64,000 nt of DNA. Source: Minisyncoccota bacterium. GTDB lineage: Bacteria > Patescibacteriota > Minisyncoccia > Phycocordibacterales > UBA9973. Made by a program: the position numbers and the translations under genes. A model generated the notes under the pieces. That model was given only the letters and a program-made list of their open reading frames with translations. It made no database searches and was not told where the DNA came from. Below, in pieces: positions 18,477-27,535 of the stretch (positions within the stretch are counted from its first letter, which is position 1; every line of letters begins with the position of its first letter). The DNA lies in assembly GCA_017991395.1 (NCBI GenBank), contig JAGOQQ010000002.1:61925-125924 (forward strand). The letters run 5' to 3'.

Positions 18477-18572
18477 GTTTTCTTGTTTTTAGATGTTTAA
18501 TATATTATAGCACATAATATACTGTTTTGTCAAATAAAAATGCCCCGTCTTAAACGAGGCATCAATTCGAAT

Positions 18573-19007
18573 CTAGCTTACAATTGAAGGACTGTGGTAA
18601 CACGTAACAAATGGTGAAATCGCAATTTCGATGAGTTCTAGGTCTTTTTCAACTCGTCTTAGGTGTTTGAGAACTACATGAATTCCGTCATTGGCAAAAT
18701 AAACTCGCTCGATCAATTTGTGTTTGGAGTTTTCAATTTCTATACCAAGCAGGGCAAGGGCAATTTTTTCTTGCAATTCGTTCATTTTGATTGCATTGTT
18801 CATTTTGCCGATAGTACGATCAATAATTTTTAGACATTTACTTTCATCGCGATCTTTTTCGTATTGAAAGTATTCTCTGTTGTCGCTTACAACTACAATT
18901 TCAGGATGTGTAGTCTTGAGGTCAATCCAATATTGATTGTTCGATCCGCCTGTAATTTCTACTCTATACAAGTGATCTGGTTTCTGGTCTGTTTTCATTT
19001 TTTTCAA
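18573..19007 (-). CDS. hypothetical protein
   Basis: 144-aa ORF with consistent codon usage and no recognisable motif. Confidence 0.35.
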   Translation of the reverse strand: MKKMKTDQKPDHLYRVEITGGSNNQYWIDLKTTHPEIVVVSDNREYFQYEKDRDESKCLKIIDRTIGKMNNAIKMNELQEKIALALLGIEIENSKHKLIERVYFANDGIHVVLKHLRRVEKDLELIEIAISPFVTCYHSPSIVS

Positions 19008-19058
19008 TTTTTCTTCATAATACTGTTTTTGAGAAAAAATGCAAAAGGAGGGAATTGG

Positions 19059-19301
19059 TCACGGAAGCAATCTTTTTCTTGAGAATGCATGACCAGAAGA
19101 ACTTTTTAGATATTTTTCAAAATCGATTGCCTTTTGTTTTTCAACAAATGCACCATACCAAACTATTACATAGGGTAATTTACTGCTTGTATATTTTGAA
19201 TATCCACTATTGTGCTCAGATAGTCGTTTTTTTAAATCATCGGTATGACCATAATAGAAAGTATTATCTTTTTTACTTTGAATAATATATGAATAGTACA
19301 T
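19059..19301 (-). CDS. GIY-YIG nuclease family protein (stand-alone, 80 aa)
   Basis: YYSYIIQSKKDNTFYYGHTDDLKKRLSEHNSG matches the GIY-YIG motif (YxYIL...YxGxTxDLxxRLxxHN). Confidence 0.7.
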   Translation of the reverse strand: MYYSYIIQSKKDNTFYYGHTDDLKKRLSEHNSGYSKYTSSKLPYVIVWYGAFVEKQKAIDFEKYLKSSSGHAFSRKRLLP

Positions 19302-19436
19302 ACTATAAATATAACAAAAAGCCCCACTACGCTAAAGCTACGCGGGACACCACTTCTCTATCTTTTAAATATTGAAGTGTATTTTGTTGTGCCTGCACCG
19401 CGTAGCCAAATGAAGTGACAACGTAATGAGGCGAAG

Positions 19437-19826
19437 TGGTGGAGATGGGGGGATTTGAACCCCCGTGCAAGAGTGTTTCTCAAATGTTTCTACATGTGTG
19501 TCGTGTTTCAATGATTTAAATTCATATTCTTGGAAACACGCAAGATAAATATGAATCGAGTTCTATGATTGTCGAAAATGTGGCGAACACTCACATTTCG
19601 TAACCCGATAACATGTTGCCCCTCAATCACTATCGGATGTCGTGACGAGAGACACCGGCGACGCTATTAAGCGAACGCTGGAGCAAAACCAAACTTACTT
19701 GCGTAAGGAGACTTTACTGAACTAAATGTTTTTCCATTTAGAAAATATACGATGATTTACGAGCTATACGTATGTGCTCGACATGCACAAGAGAGAAGTA
19801 AACAATTGTCGATGCCTGGCATCCCC
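19437..19826 (-). ncRNA. ssrA: tmRNA (SsrA), about 390 nt, one-piece
   Basis: Minus-strand 5' end GGGGATGCCAGGCATCGAC and 3' end ACGGGGGTTCAAATCCCCCCATCTCCACCA. The acceptor stem has the G3:U70 alanine identity pair and a T-arm GGGGG-TTCAAAT-CCCCC. The internal tag frame ends ...SKFGFAPAFA with a double stop TAA TAG. It lies adjacent to smpB. Confidence 0.7.
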
Positions 19827-19921
19827 AAAGTTTTAGCGGATAGGGAATAGTGACGTTGTACGTAGAACGCAAAGCGTAGAACGTACATACGAAAAAATGC
19901 GCACTCGATATCACTAGTCTA

Positions 19922-20377
19922 CTAGCTATCCTTTCCTGTTTTCAAAGTTCTACGAACCTCACGATCTGTATCACGTTTTTTGATACTTTCTCGTTTGTCG
20001 AATTTCTTTTTTCCTTTCGCAAGACCAATTTCTATCTTAATCTTGGGACCTTTATTGTACAACGAAATAGCTATAAGTGTCAAACCTTTGTTTTTGAGCG
20101 ATTCCTCAATACTTTTAATTTGTTTTTTATTTAAAAGAAGTCTTCGAGTTCGGTCTTCGATATATGTCACTTGAGTATTGTTGGCTTGATATGGCGGTAT
20201 AGTGAGTCCAGTGATATATGCTTCACCACCTCGAATAATCACAAAACTTCCAAGAAGTTGCGCGCGTCCGAGCCGGATAGACTTCACTTCATTTCCAAGT
20301 AGCTCAATTCCCGCCTCGTGTGTTTCAAGGATTTCGTAGTCAAAATGTGCTTTTTTGTTGGTTGCAAATGTTGCCAT
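19922..20377 (-). CDS. smpB: SsrA-binding protein SmpB
   Basis: KKAHFDYEILETHEAGIELLGNEVKSIR...LLLNKKQI is SmpB-like. Confidence 0.9.
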   Translation of the reverse strand: MATFATNKKAHFDYEILETHEAGIELLGNEVKSIRLGRAQLLGSFVIIRGGEAYITGLTIPPYQANNTQVTYIEDRTRRLLLNKKQIKSIEESLKNKGLTLIAISLYNKGPKIKIEIGLAKGKKKFDKRESIKKRDTDREVRRTLKTGKDS

Positions 20378-20443
20378 ATAAATTATTCTATCATGATACG
20401 GAAGGGTTTATGTTTTGTCTACTTCCGTGTATAATGCGCCTAC

Positions 20444-22360
20444 ATGGAAACCAACACAAAAATACCAAATAAATCAAAAAAGAACCCTCCAAAAATGGGA
20501 ACTCAGATGATTGCGGTCATTCTGTTTTTTATGGCATTGACGGCTATCTATACTCTAGTCGCAGAAGATAAAAAGGAAATCAAAGAAGTCGCGATTTCAG
20601 ACGTGGCTTCGTCTGTCATAAAAGGTGAAATAAAATCAATTCTCATCGAAGGCGAAACACTTTCTATAGAAAGACTTGATGGCACATTTGAGAAAACAAA
20701 AAAAGAAGCTGATGCGTCTGTCACAGAAACTCTTTCATCATATGGTGTGACACCAGAACTGCTCGGCAAACTGACAATCAACGTAAAATCTGAAAGCGGA
20801 TTTGGATATTGGGTACTCGCAATACTTCCGATTGCACTTCCAGTACTATTTATTGTACTTTTCTTTTGGATGCTCACACGCCAAGCAAAAGGCGCAGGTA
20901 TGCAAGCATTTAGTTTTGGGCAATCAAAAGCAAAACTTACTGATCCAAACGACAAAAATAACAAAGTCACTTTTAAGGATGTTGCGGGAAATCGTGAAGC
21001 AAAAGAAGAACTCAAGGAAATTGTGGACTTTCTTCGAAATCCAAAAAAGTTTCTTGATATTGGTGCAAGAATTCCAAAAGGTGTGATATTGACCGGAGCT
21101 CCAGGTACAGGAAAAACGCTTCTTGCACGTGCTGTTGCAGGAGAAGCAGGTGTGCCATTTTTTCATCTTTCTGGATCTGAATTTGTGGAAATGTTTGTGG
21201 GAGTAGGAGCATCACGAGTACGTGATCTTTTTCAAATGGCAAAACGCTCATCACCAGCAATTATTTTCATAGACGAAATTGATGCGGTTGGACGAGTACG
21301 AGGTACAGGAGTTGGCGGAGGAAATGATGAACGCGAACAAACTCTCAATCAAATTCTCGTGGAGATGGATGGATTTGAACCAAATGAAAAAGTGATTGTG
21401 ATTGCAGCAACAAACAGAAGCGATGTGCTTGATCCTGCACTTCTTCGTCCAGGACGTTTTGATCGCCGAGTGATGCTTGATTTGCCAGACCGAAAAGATC
21501 GAAAAGAAATTTTGGCAATTCACTCACTCAAGAAGCCTTTTGCTGAAGATGTAAACTTGGATGTTATTGCAGAGAGAACACCTGGATTTTCTGGTGCGGA
21601 TTTGTTTTCATTGATGAACGAAGGTGCTATTTTGGCTGCACGTGAAGATAGAAAAACAATTGGGCAATTTGACCTTGTACGTTCAATCGAAAAAGTAATG
21701 ATGGGACCAGAAAGAAAGAGCCATCTTTTTTCAAAGAAAGAAAAAGAAATCACTGCATATCACGAGGGTGGTCATGCACTCGTCGCATCAGTGCTTCCGT
21801 ATGCTGATCCTGTACACAAAGTCTCAATTGTGGCACGTGGCAGAGCAGGTGGATATACACTCAAGCTTCCACTCGAAGACCGAAAACTCCAAAGCAAAAA
21901 AGAATTTCTCGATGATATTGCAATGTCACTTGGTGGATATGTTGCCGAAGAAATGATTCTCGGTGACATCACTACAGGACCTTCAAATGACCTTCAGGTT
22001 TCGACAGCACTTGCGCGTGCTATGGTGACACGATGGGGAATGAACGAAACTATTGGGCCGATGGCACTCGAATCTGATGGCGGACGAACACTCTTTGGAC
22101 GAGGAGTAAATGACAAAGAATATTCAGAAGAAATGTCTGCAAAAATCGACAGTGAGGTGAAAAATATTATGAACACCGCACTCGCTCGGGCAAGAGAAGT
22201 GCTCACGACTCATCGCATAGTACTTGATGCGATTGCAAAAAAACTTATGGAAGTCGAGACTCTCGAACAAGCTGAATATGAGGAAATTTTGAAAGCTCAC
22301 AATATTCCGCTGAAGAAAAAAGATTCTCCTGCGATTGATATAGTAAACGATACAAAATAA
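20444..22360 (+). CDS. ftsH: ATP-dependent zinc metalloprotease FtsH
   Basis: Two N-terminal TM helices. AAA module ([38 protein letters not shown] region). Zinc protease motif HEGGHAL. Confidence 0.95.
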   Translation: METNTKIPNKSKKNPPKMGTQMIAVILFFMALTAIYTLVAEDKKEIKEVAISDVASSVIKGEIKSILIEGETLSIERLDGTFEKTKKEADASVTETLSSYGVTPELLGKLTINVKSESGFGYWVLAILPIALPVLFIVLFFWMLTRQAKGAGMQAFSFGQSKAKLTDPNDKNNKVTFKDVAGNREAKEELKEIVDFLRNPKKFLDIGARIPKGVILTGAPGTGKTLLARAVAGEAGVPFFHLSGSEFVEMFVGVGASRVRDLFQMAKRSSPAIIFIDEIDAVGRVRGTGVGGGNDEREQTLNQILVEMDGFEPNEKVIVIAATNRSDVLDPALLRPGRFDRRVMLDLPDRKDRKEILAIHSLKKPFAEDVNLDVIAERTPGFSGADLFSLMNEGAILAAREDRKTIGQFDLVRSIEKVMMGPERKSHLFSKKEKEITAYHEGGHALVASVLPYADPVHKVSIVARGRAGGYTLKLPLEDRKLQSKKEFLDDIAMSLGGYVAEEMILGDITTGPSNDLQVSTALARAMVTRWGMNETIGPMALESDGGRTLFGRGVNDKEYSEEMSAKIDSEVKNIMNTALARAREVLTTHRIVLDAIAKKLMEVETLEQAEYEEILKAHNIPLKKKDSPAIDIVNDTK

Positions 22361-22388
22361 AAATCCCCGAAAGGGGATTTTTATTTTG
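22358..22388. terminator. bidirectional intrinsic terminator (aaaaatcccc-gaaa-ggggattttt)
   Basis: Perfect hairpin with A and T runs, sitting between convergent genes. Confidence 0.75.
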
Positions 22389-22390
22389 TA

Positions 22391-22900
22391 TTACATACCT
22401 GCTTTATCTTGTCCGACTTGTTCGAGTTCACTACACACCGTATCGAGAATTTCGTGATGGAAATTTTGTGCTTCTTCAGAGAGTGTCATCAAAAGTTCAC
22501 TGTTCAATCCTTCGCCTGCACCTTTGACGAGTGCCCAGTGAGCAGATCCTGCTCCGTGAAAAAATGATGACCATTCGAGAAGTTCGGTGGGATTGTCCCA
22601 CTGGTCACCAATATACATATCACGCATATCTCGAAGTTTTTTTCCTGTCGATTCAAGTTTTTTCATTACGATTTCAGATACATTGTTTTCTTCTGCAAAC
22701 TTTTTGATCTCCTCGCTATGAATTCGATTTTTATCGAGTATTCCTTCGACCTCCTCATCTCCCATTACAAGAATAAAACCTGCTTTACCTTTGGTGATTG
22801 TTTCGTTTCCAATTTCTGCAAAGGCAAGAACCTCACCAAGCTTTTTTGCTACAAATTCGTTTATCATATATCTATTATACAAAATTGCGGGAAGTCGCAA
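22391..22900 (-). CDS. hypothetical protein (possibly ferritin-like helical; start likely at an internal Met)
   Basis: 169-aa ORF with no clear motif. Confidence 0.3.
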   Translation of the reverse strand: MRLPAILYNRYMINEFVAKKLGEVLAFAEIGNETITKGKAGFILVMGDEEVEGILDKNRIHSEEIKKFAEENNVSEIVMKKLESTGKKLRDMRDMYIGDQWDNPTELLEWSSFFHGAGSAHWALVKGAGEGLNSELLMTLSEEAQNFHHEILDTVCSELEQVGQDKAGM

Positions 22901-22923
22901 AATCTTGTACTATAAGCCCATAA

Positions 22924-22997
22924 CCGTCCTTAGCTCAGTTGGTTAGAGCACAGAGCTTATACCTCTGGGGTCCATGGTTCGAATCCATGAGGACGGA
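22924..22997 (+). tRNA. tRNA-Ile with anticodon UAU (reads AUA)
   Basis: Manual cloverleaf: acceptor CCGTCCT/AGGACGG, D GCTC/GAGC, anticodon stem CAGAG/CTCTG with loop CTTATAC (anticodon TAT), T-arm CATGG-TTCGAAT-CCATG, discriminator A. No encoded CCA. Confidence 0.75.
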
Positions 22998-23046
22998 CAA
23001 ACATAAGAAGCGACACCGTCAGGCGTCGCTTTTTATGTTTGTCCGT
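22984..23046 (+). repeat. ~62 bp direct repeat (tRNA-Ile 3' end plus terminator hairpin); second copy at 23200..23262
   Basis: atccatgaggacggacaaacataagaagcgacaccgtcaggcgtcgctttttatgtttgtccg appears twice about 216 bp apart. Confidence 0.8.
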
Positions 23047-23279
23047 CCTCAGTGAACAAACTGCTTTGTTCACGTATGGATTCGAAAGGCGCAGGCATGT
23101 TTTTCAAAGTTCACACTTTGAAAAATGCCGAGCCCAGGTCAGGAGTACTTTGTAGAATTTGAGCGTCGCGAAAAATTATACTTAGTAACTCGGGACCGAT
23201 TCCATGAGGACGGACAAACATAAGAAGCGACACCGTCAGGCGTCGCTTTTTATGTTTGTCCGATAAGTATGAAATCAAC

Positions 23280-23792
23280 CTATTTCTTAAACCCGTCCCA
23301 TTGCTTCACGACAGATATTGGAGAAAATGGTGCAGACCAAATCTGTATCAGATAGTGATCATCTCCTTCTTCGGCATCTTTACCTTCTTCTTTGAGGTTG
23401 CCAAAATAAATTCGGACACGGTATTCACCCGGACTTACATTCATTACAATGTTTGCATCTCCAGGCATACCATTGCTGATTTCCAGTTCATCGTTTTGTA
23501 TTTCGATTGATGCTTCGACAATATGATCCCATGATCCTGATTCGAGACTTGGCTCACCATCTTTTAGTTCTGCCACTACAGACACATCATGCATGTCTGA
23601 ATATGGATGAAATCCAATCATTGTTTTACTTTTTGAGTCATCTACATGTGTCACTTCTGCTGACTCGTCTGATAGATTCGAGTCATCCATCATTTCTGGT
23701 GCGTCCTCTCTTGACCAAAACTTTCTGTCTTGAATATAAATATTATGAAAATCGGGAAACAATATCGCTTCTTGTTTGCTTGGTGTGTTCAT
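23280..23792 (-). CDS. acidic hypothetical protein
   Basis: 170-aa ORF with no recognisable motif. Confidence 0.35.
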   Translation of the reverse strand: MNTPSKQEAILFPDFHNIYIQDRKFWSREDAPEMMDDSNLSDESAEVTHVDDSKSKTMIGFHPYSDMHDVSVVAELKDGEPSLESGSWDHIVEASIEIQNDELEISNGMPGDANIVMNVSPGEYRVRIYFGNLKEEGKDAEEGDDHYLIQIWSAPFSPISVVKQWDGFKK

Positions 23793-23832
23793 GTTCTAAG
23801 TATAGCAAAAATTAATTTATGTCAAACTCGCA

Positions 23833-26487
23833 CTATTCAAAATGAAATGTGCTAAATTTTGAAACTTTTTCTTTGAGTATCGGGTATGAATCAAGCTCAC
23901 TATCAGATTCAACCATTTTGAGTGCTTCATTTCGGGCAGCTTCAACCATTTTGAGATTTTTGATTGCCTCCATTCCAAGGTCTGTGATACCCCACTGTTT
24001 TCCTCCTCCAAGTTCTCCCGCGCCACGAAGTTGCAAATCAAGCTCTGAAAGTTCAAATCCATTTTTCGCTGTTTTAAGTGCCTTAAGTCTGTCGAGAGTT
24101 TTTTGAGTTTTTGCATCTGCAAAAAGATAACAATACGCTTGATGATTTCCACGGATAACACGACCCCGAAGCTGGTGAAGCTGTGCGAGTCCAAATCTCT
24201 CCGCACCTTCGATGATTATCATTGTGGCGTTTGGCACATTCACTCCCACTTCGACCACCGAAGTTGCGACAAGAATATCGATTTCGTGGCGAGAAAAGGA
24301 TTGCATGATCTCTTCCTTTTTCTCTTTGGTCATTTTTGAATGAAGTATTCCAATTTTTGAACCTTTGAATACTTCCTTTGAAAGTCTCTCTGCTTCACTT
24401 GTGACTGATTTCACTTGCAGTGCCATTTCTTGATCCGGGTCTGGGTCGTTGATTCGCGGACAAATCACATAAAGCTGACGACCGGATGCCATTTCCTTTT
24501 TTATAGCGTCATAGGTTTTTTGTCTACCGTCCACACCAATAATTTCTGTGATGATTGGTTTTCGACCACTTGGCATTTGGTCGATAATACTCACGTCCAA
24601 ATCTCCGTAGATTGTAAGTGCGAGAGTACGAGGAATAGGCGTTGCGGTCATGGACAACAGGTGGGGCATGATCGCGGACTGACGCGGACTTGACGCGGAA
24701 CGAGCTTGATTTACATTTCGTGCAAGCTGGTATACTACTCTTTCAACATCGAGTGTTGATTTACCGAAATTGACTAAAAGTCCGAGTTCAAAATCTGATC
24801 CTTTGAGATATGACCACAGTTGTTTCTTTTCCTGGGTTCCGAGAAACGGAAGTGTTTTTAGCTCTACAACAATTTTATTTTCTACAACAAAGTCCGGAAT
24901 GTATGTACCCACTTTTTTACCTCTAAATTTAATATCAATTCTATGTTCTTGAGAAAATTGTATATTATTTTTTTTCAATTCTATCGCCAAAGCTTTTTGA
25001 TAAATAATTTCTTTATGCCCAAGCCCAAGTTCTTGTTTTACGTTGAATAGAGATCTTCTGATTGCATACGTAAGGTCGCGGAATAGCAATGAGTCATCGA
25101 CTGTTTTATCAAAATGAGTATTCTCGAGGTCGGATTTTTTCCGCGTGAGTTCTGCGCTGTCCGCGTCAAACTTGCCCCTAGCAAGGAGGAAGCGTTGGTT
25201 GGTTCCAAATCTATGTTGTTCATCGATTATCACAAGTGCGAGATGTTTAAACTTCACGCTTTTTTGGATGAGTGTGTGCGTTCCAATTACAATCGGGATA
25301 TCACCAGAGGCGACCCATTTCATGAGCTGAGGTTTTGAAACTGTTGTCCACGAATCTGGGTTGACCTTTGAGGGGAATTTTCTGCACCCACTTCCTGTCA
25401 TGAGTGCGATGGATATCCCTGTGTGCCTGAAATACGTGATGAAGTTTTCAAAGAGTTGTGTTGCGAGAATTTCTGTCGGTGCCATATATGCCACTTGAAG
25501 TGAACCAAATTTTTGATCATTTGGTCGACTCGAAATAATTGAGTGAGACACCACTGCGGCAACTGCAGTCTTTCCACTACCCACATCTCCTTCAAGGAGT
25601 CGTGCCATTGGATGAGGTTTTTTTAAATCAGAAAGTATTGTGTTGATTGAATCCATCTGACCTTTAGTCGGAGTGAAGGGAAATCTGCTGATGAATGACT
25701 CAGTGTCTTTTTTTGATGTGGTGACAGTGAATGCATTGTTCTCACGAAATATTTTTTTATCTTGTTGTTTTTTGAGTTGGATAACAAACACTTCTTCAAA
25801 TGCAAAACGCTTTCGTGCGACTTCAGCGTGTTCTTTTTTCTTTGGAGTATGAACCCAGACATATGCTGTTGAAAGAGAAGGAAGGTTGTACTTTTTGAGA
25901 ATCGACTCCGGAATGTATTCTTCGAGTGTGTCGAGTAATCCAGATTTAAAAATTCTATCTATTGCATGATAGAGCCATTTTGAGGTGACAAACTTTGTTT
26001 CGGGATAAATTGGATATCCAAAAACTTCATGCGAATTTCCCTCATCGCTAAATAATGATGAATGCGAATCAATAGGCAGGTCGGGTGTTTTTTCAAATTC
26101 AGGGTTGGTCAGATAAAGTCCCGTACTTCCTTCGGCGACTTTTCCTGTGATTTTTACGGTATCACCATCACGAAGCATTTTTGCAATGTATGCTTGGTTG
26201 AACCACATCACCTTCATTTTTCCAGAAAGATCTTCGATCCACGCTTCAGCCATTGGAATTTTTGTACGAAAAGACTTCTTTGTTTTTGGTGCACTGATGG
26301 TGCCGTAGATTGTGATACTTTCTCCTTTTACCGCATCAGCGATTGACTTTATGGTAGAGAGGTCGCTGTATCGTGTGGGAAAATAGCGAAGTATATCTTC
26401 AATGGTCTGAAGTTTGATTCGGGTTAGCGCTTTTTTTTGTTGTTCATCAATTCGAAAATGTTTCTCGATTGTATCGGTTAGATTCAT
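23833..26487 (-). CDS. recG: ATP-dependent DNA helicase RecG carrying an in-frame ~180-aa insertion between helicase motifs II and III
   Basis: Wedge/N-terminal domain, Walker A LEGDVGSGKTAVA, motif II IIDEQHRFG, motif III MTATPIPRTL and C-terminal helicase motifs (VATSVVEVGVNVPNATMIII, QLRGRVIRG). Motifs II and III are separated by ~185 aa, versus the ~25 aa between these motifs in E. coli RecG as recalled from memory. Confidence 0.85.
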   Translation of the reverse strand: MNLTDTIEKHFRIDEQQKKALTRIKLQTIEDILRYFPTRYSDLSTIKSIADAVKGESITIYGTISAPKTKKSFRTKIPMAEAWIEDLSGKMKVMWFNQAYIAKMLRDGDTVKITGKVAEGSTGLYLTNPEFEKTPDLPIDSHSSLFSDEGNSHEVFGYPIYPETKFVTSKWLYHAIDRIFKSGLLDTLEEYIPESILKKYNLPSLSTAYVWVHTPKKKEHAEVARKRFAFEEVFVIQLKKQQDKKIFRENNAFTVTTSKKDTESFISRFPFTPTKGQMDSINTILSDLKKPHPMARLLEGDVGSGKTAVAAVVSHSIISSRPNDQKFGSLQVAYMAPTEILATQLFENFITYFRHTGISIALMTGSGCRKFPSKVNPDSWTTVSKPQLMKWVASGDIPIVIGTHTLIQKSVKFKHLALVIIDEQHRFGTNQRFLLARGKFDADSAELTRKKSDLENTHFDKTVDDSLLFRDLTYAIRRSLFNVKQELGLGHKEIIYQKALAIELKKNNIQFSQEHRIDIKFRGKKVGTYIPDFVVENKIVVELKTLPFLGTQEKKQLWSYLKGSDFELGLLVNFGKSTLDVERVVYQLARNVNQARSASSPRQSAIMPHLLSMTATPIPRTLALTIYGDLDVSIIDQMPSGRKPIITEIIGVDGRQKTYDAIKKEMASGRQLYVICPRINDPDPDQEMALQVKSVTSEAERLSKEVFKGSKIGILHSKMTKEKKEEIMQSFSRHEIDILVATSVVEVGVNVPNATMIIIEGAERFGLAQLHQLRGRVIRGNHQAYCYLFADAKTQKTLDRLKALKTAKNGFELSELDLQLRGAGELGGGKQWGITDLGMEAIKNLKMVEAARNEALKMVESDSELDSYPILKEKVSKFSTFHFE
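24650..25200 (-). other. in-frame GxxExxY-family (PD-(D/E)xK-like, 23S-rRNA-IVS-type) domain inserted inside recG, flanked by GCGGA-repeat clusters
   Basis: Insert sequence ...LGLGHKEIIYQKALAIELKKNNIQFSQEHRIDIKFRGKKVGTYIPDFVVENKIVVELKTLPFLGTQEKKQLWSYLKGSDFELGLLVNFGKSTLDVERVV contains the literal G-H-K-E-I-I-Y (GxxExxY) and a PDF...ELK PD-(D/E)xK core. Nucleotide flanks: gcggactgacgcggacttgacgcggaac at 24661-24700, and its partial inverted counterpart at 25139-25170. Confidence 0.6.
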
Positions 26488-26496
26488 ACTAGAAAT

Positions 26497-27081
26497 TTAT
26501 TTCACCACTATAGTTCCCGCAAGTGATTGATTGTTGATGTTTTTATAGCGCCATTCACCCGTGTCTTTGAATGTGTAGCTAAAAATGCCGTCTGAGCCAT
26601 ACGCGGCTGTTGATTCAAATGTTGCCATGTTTGGGTACGTGGGATTTGGTTCAGATTTGATATATACTTCATCATCGCTGTTGTTTACAAACCGTACCGA
26701 GTCACCCTTTTTAATAGTGAGAATACTTGGAAAAAATCCATTGCTCGAATACGAGACTGTCCATGTGGCGCTCTCTTTTGGAAGGGTTACGTTTTTTGAA
26801 AGCGATGAACCTTGTATCTCACCTTGATCTTCGTTTACTATTATTGAAGCATCGCCTTCGGCTGATGGTGTGGGAGGTTCGTCGTCAATGATGTCTTGTG
26901 CCGGAGTTGTGTCATTTAGTTCACTGTTTGTATTTTGTGGTGTCTCAGCAATAGGAGTATCATCTTTTGTAAAAAAGTATATACCTGCAAGAACAAGTAG
27001 TATGATTGAGATTCGTGCAAATGTGCTCATGAGTATATTGTACCTTTTCTTGGAAACCACTGCCACCTTCATAAAAAGCAA
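26497..27081 (-). CDS. secreted/membrane-anchored protein with a possible cupredoxin-like C-terminal fold (no copper ligands evident)
   Basis: N-terminal TM or signal anchor (start probably Met at ~27028). C-terminal region ILTIKKGDSVRFVNNSDDEVYI...GEWRY resembles the cupredoxin strand pattern but lacks His/Cys/Met ligands. Confidence 0.35.
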   Translation of the reverse strand: MLFMKVAVVSKKRYNILMSTFARISIILLVLAGIYFFTKDDTPIAETPQNTNSELNDTTPAQDIIDDEPPTPSAEGDASIIVNEDQGEIQGSSLSKNVTLPKESATWTVSYSSNGFFPSILTIKKGDSVRFVNNSDDEVYIKSEPNPTYPNMATFESTAAYGSDGIFSYTFKDTGEWRYKNINNQSLAGTIVVK

Positions 27082-27083
27082 GT

Positions 27084-27113
27084 TCTCTCACACAAAAATC
27101 GCCCACATGTGGG
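27084..27113. terminator. bidirectional intrinsic terminator (aaaaatcgcccacatgtgggcgattttt)
   Basis: Perfect palindrome with flanking A and T runs, downstream of the minus-strand response regulator. Confidence 0.7.
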
Positions 27114-27131
27114 CGATTTTTGTGTAATACT

Positions 27132-27500
27132 TTAGTCAGTCAGCTCTCTTACTTTTGATACGATTTCATCAAGCGTAAAGTTTGATTTGATCATAAAATG
27201 ATTCGCACCAAGTTCTTTGGCTTGAGCGATATCTTTCTCATCACTTAGGTTTGAGAAAATAATAACAGGTGTTTCTGTAAGCTTTAGGTTCTCACGAATT
27301 TTTTTAAGAATGCCAAATCCGTCTGTTCCTGGCAAAAGCAGATCAAGCAATATAATATCTGGAGTATGCGATTCCAAGATAGTATTGAGCTCTTCAACGC
27401 TACTTGCAGGAAGTACTTCAAAGCCTTCTTTTGTAAGCTTTGTTGATGCGAGGTTTTTTAGAAATGTATCATCTTCTACGATTAGGACTTTTTTGCTCAT
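27132..27500 (-). CDS. stand-alone response regulator receiver (CheY-like)
   Basis: IVEDD...D54-equivalent (DIILLDLLLPGTDG)...K (IIFSNL...AKELGANHFMIK). Confidence 0.8.
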   Translation of the reverse strand: MSKKVLIVEDDTFLKNLASTKLTKEGFEVLPASSVEELNTILESHTPDIILLDLLLPGTDGFGILKKIRENLKLTETPVIIFSNLSDEKDIAQAKELGANHFMIKSNFTLDEIVSKVRELTD

Positions 27501-27535
27501 AATGGAAATTATTATCTTATATACTTACTATTTTA

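Noticed and set aside
23100-23160. SRP (4.5S) RNA-like motif gcccaggtcagg
   Set aside because: Only the 5' half of the conserved domain IV resembles SRP RNA. The matching GGAAGCAGCC 3' half and the closing helix are absent.
24650-25200. Intein hypothesis for the recG insertion
   Set aside because: No Cys/Ser/Thr at the N-terminal splice junction, no His-Asn at the C-terminal junction, and no Hint-domain blocks. The insert is a GxxExxY/PD-(D/E)xK-like domain instead.
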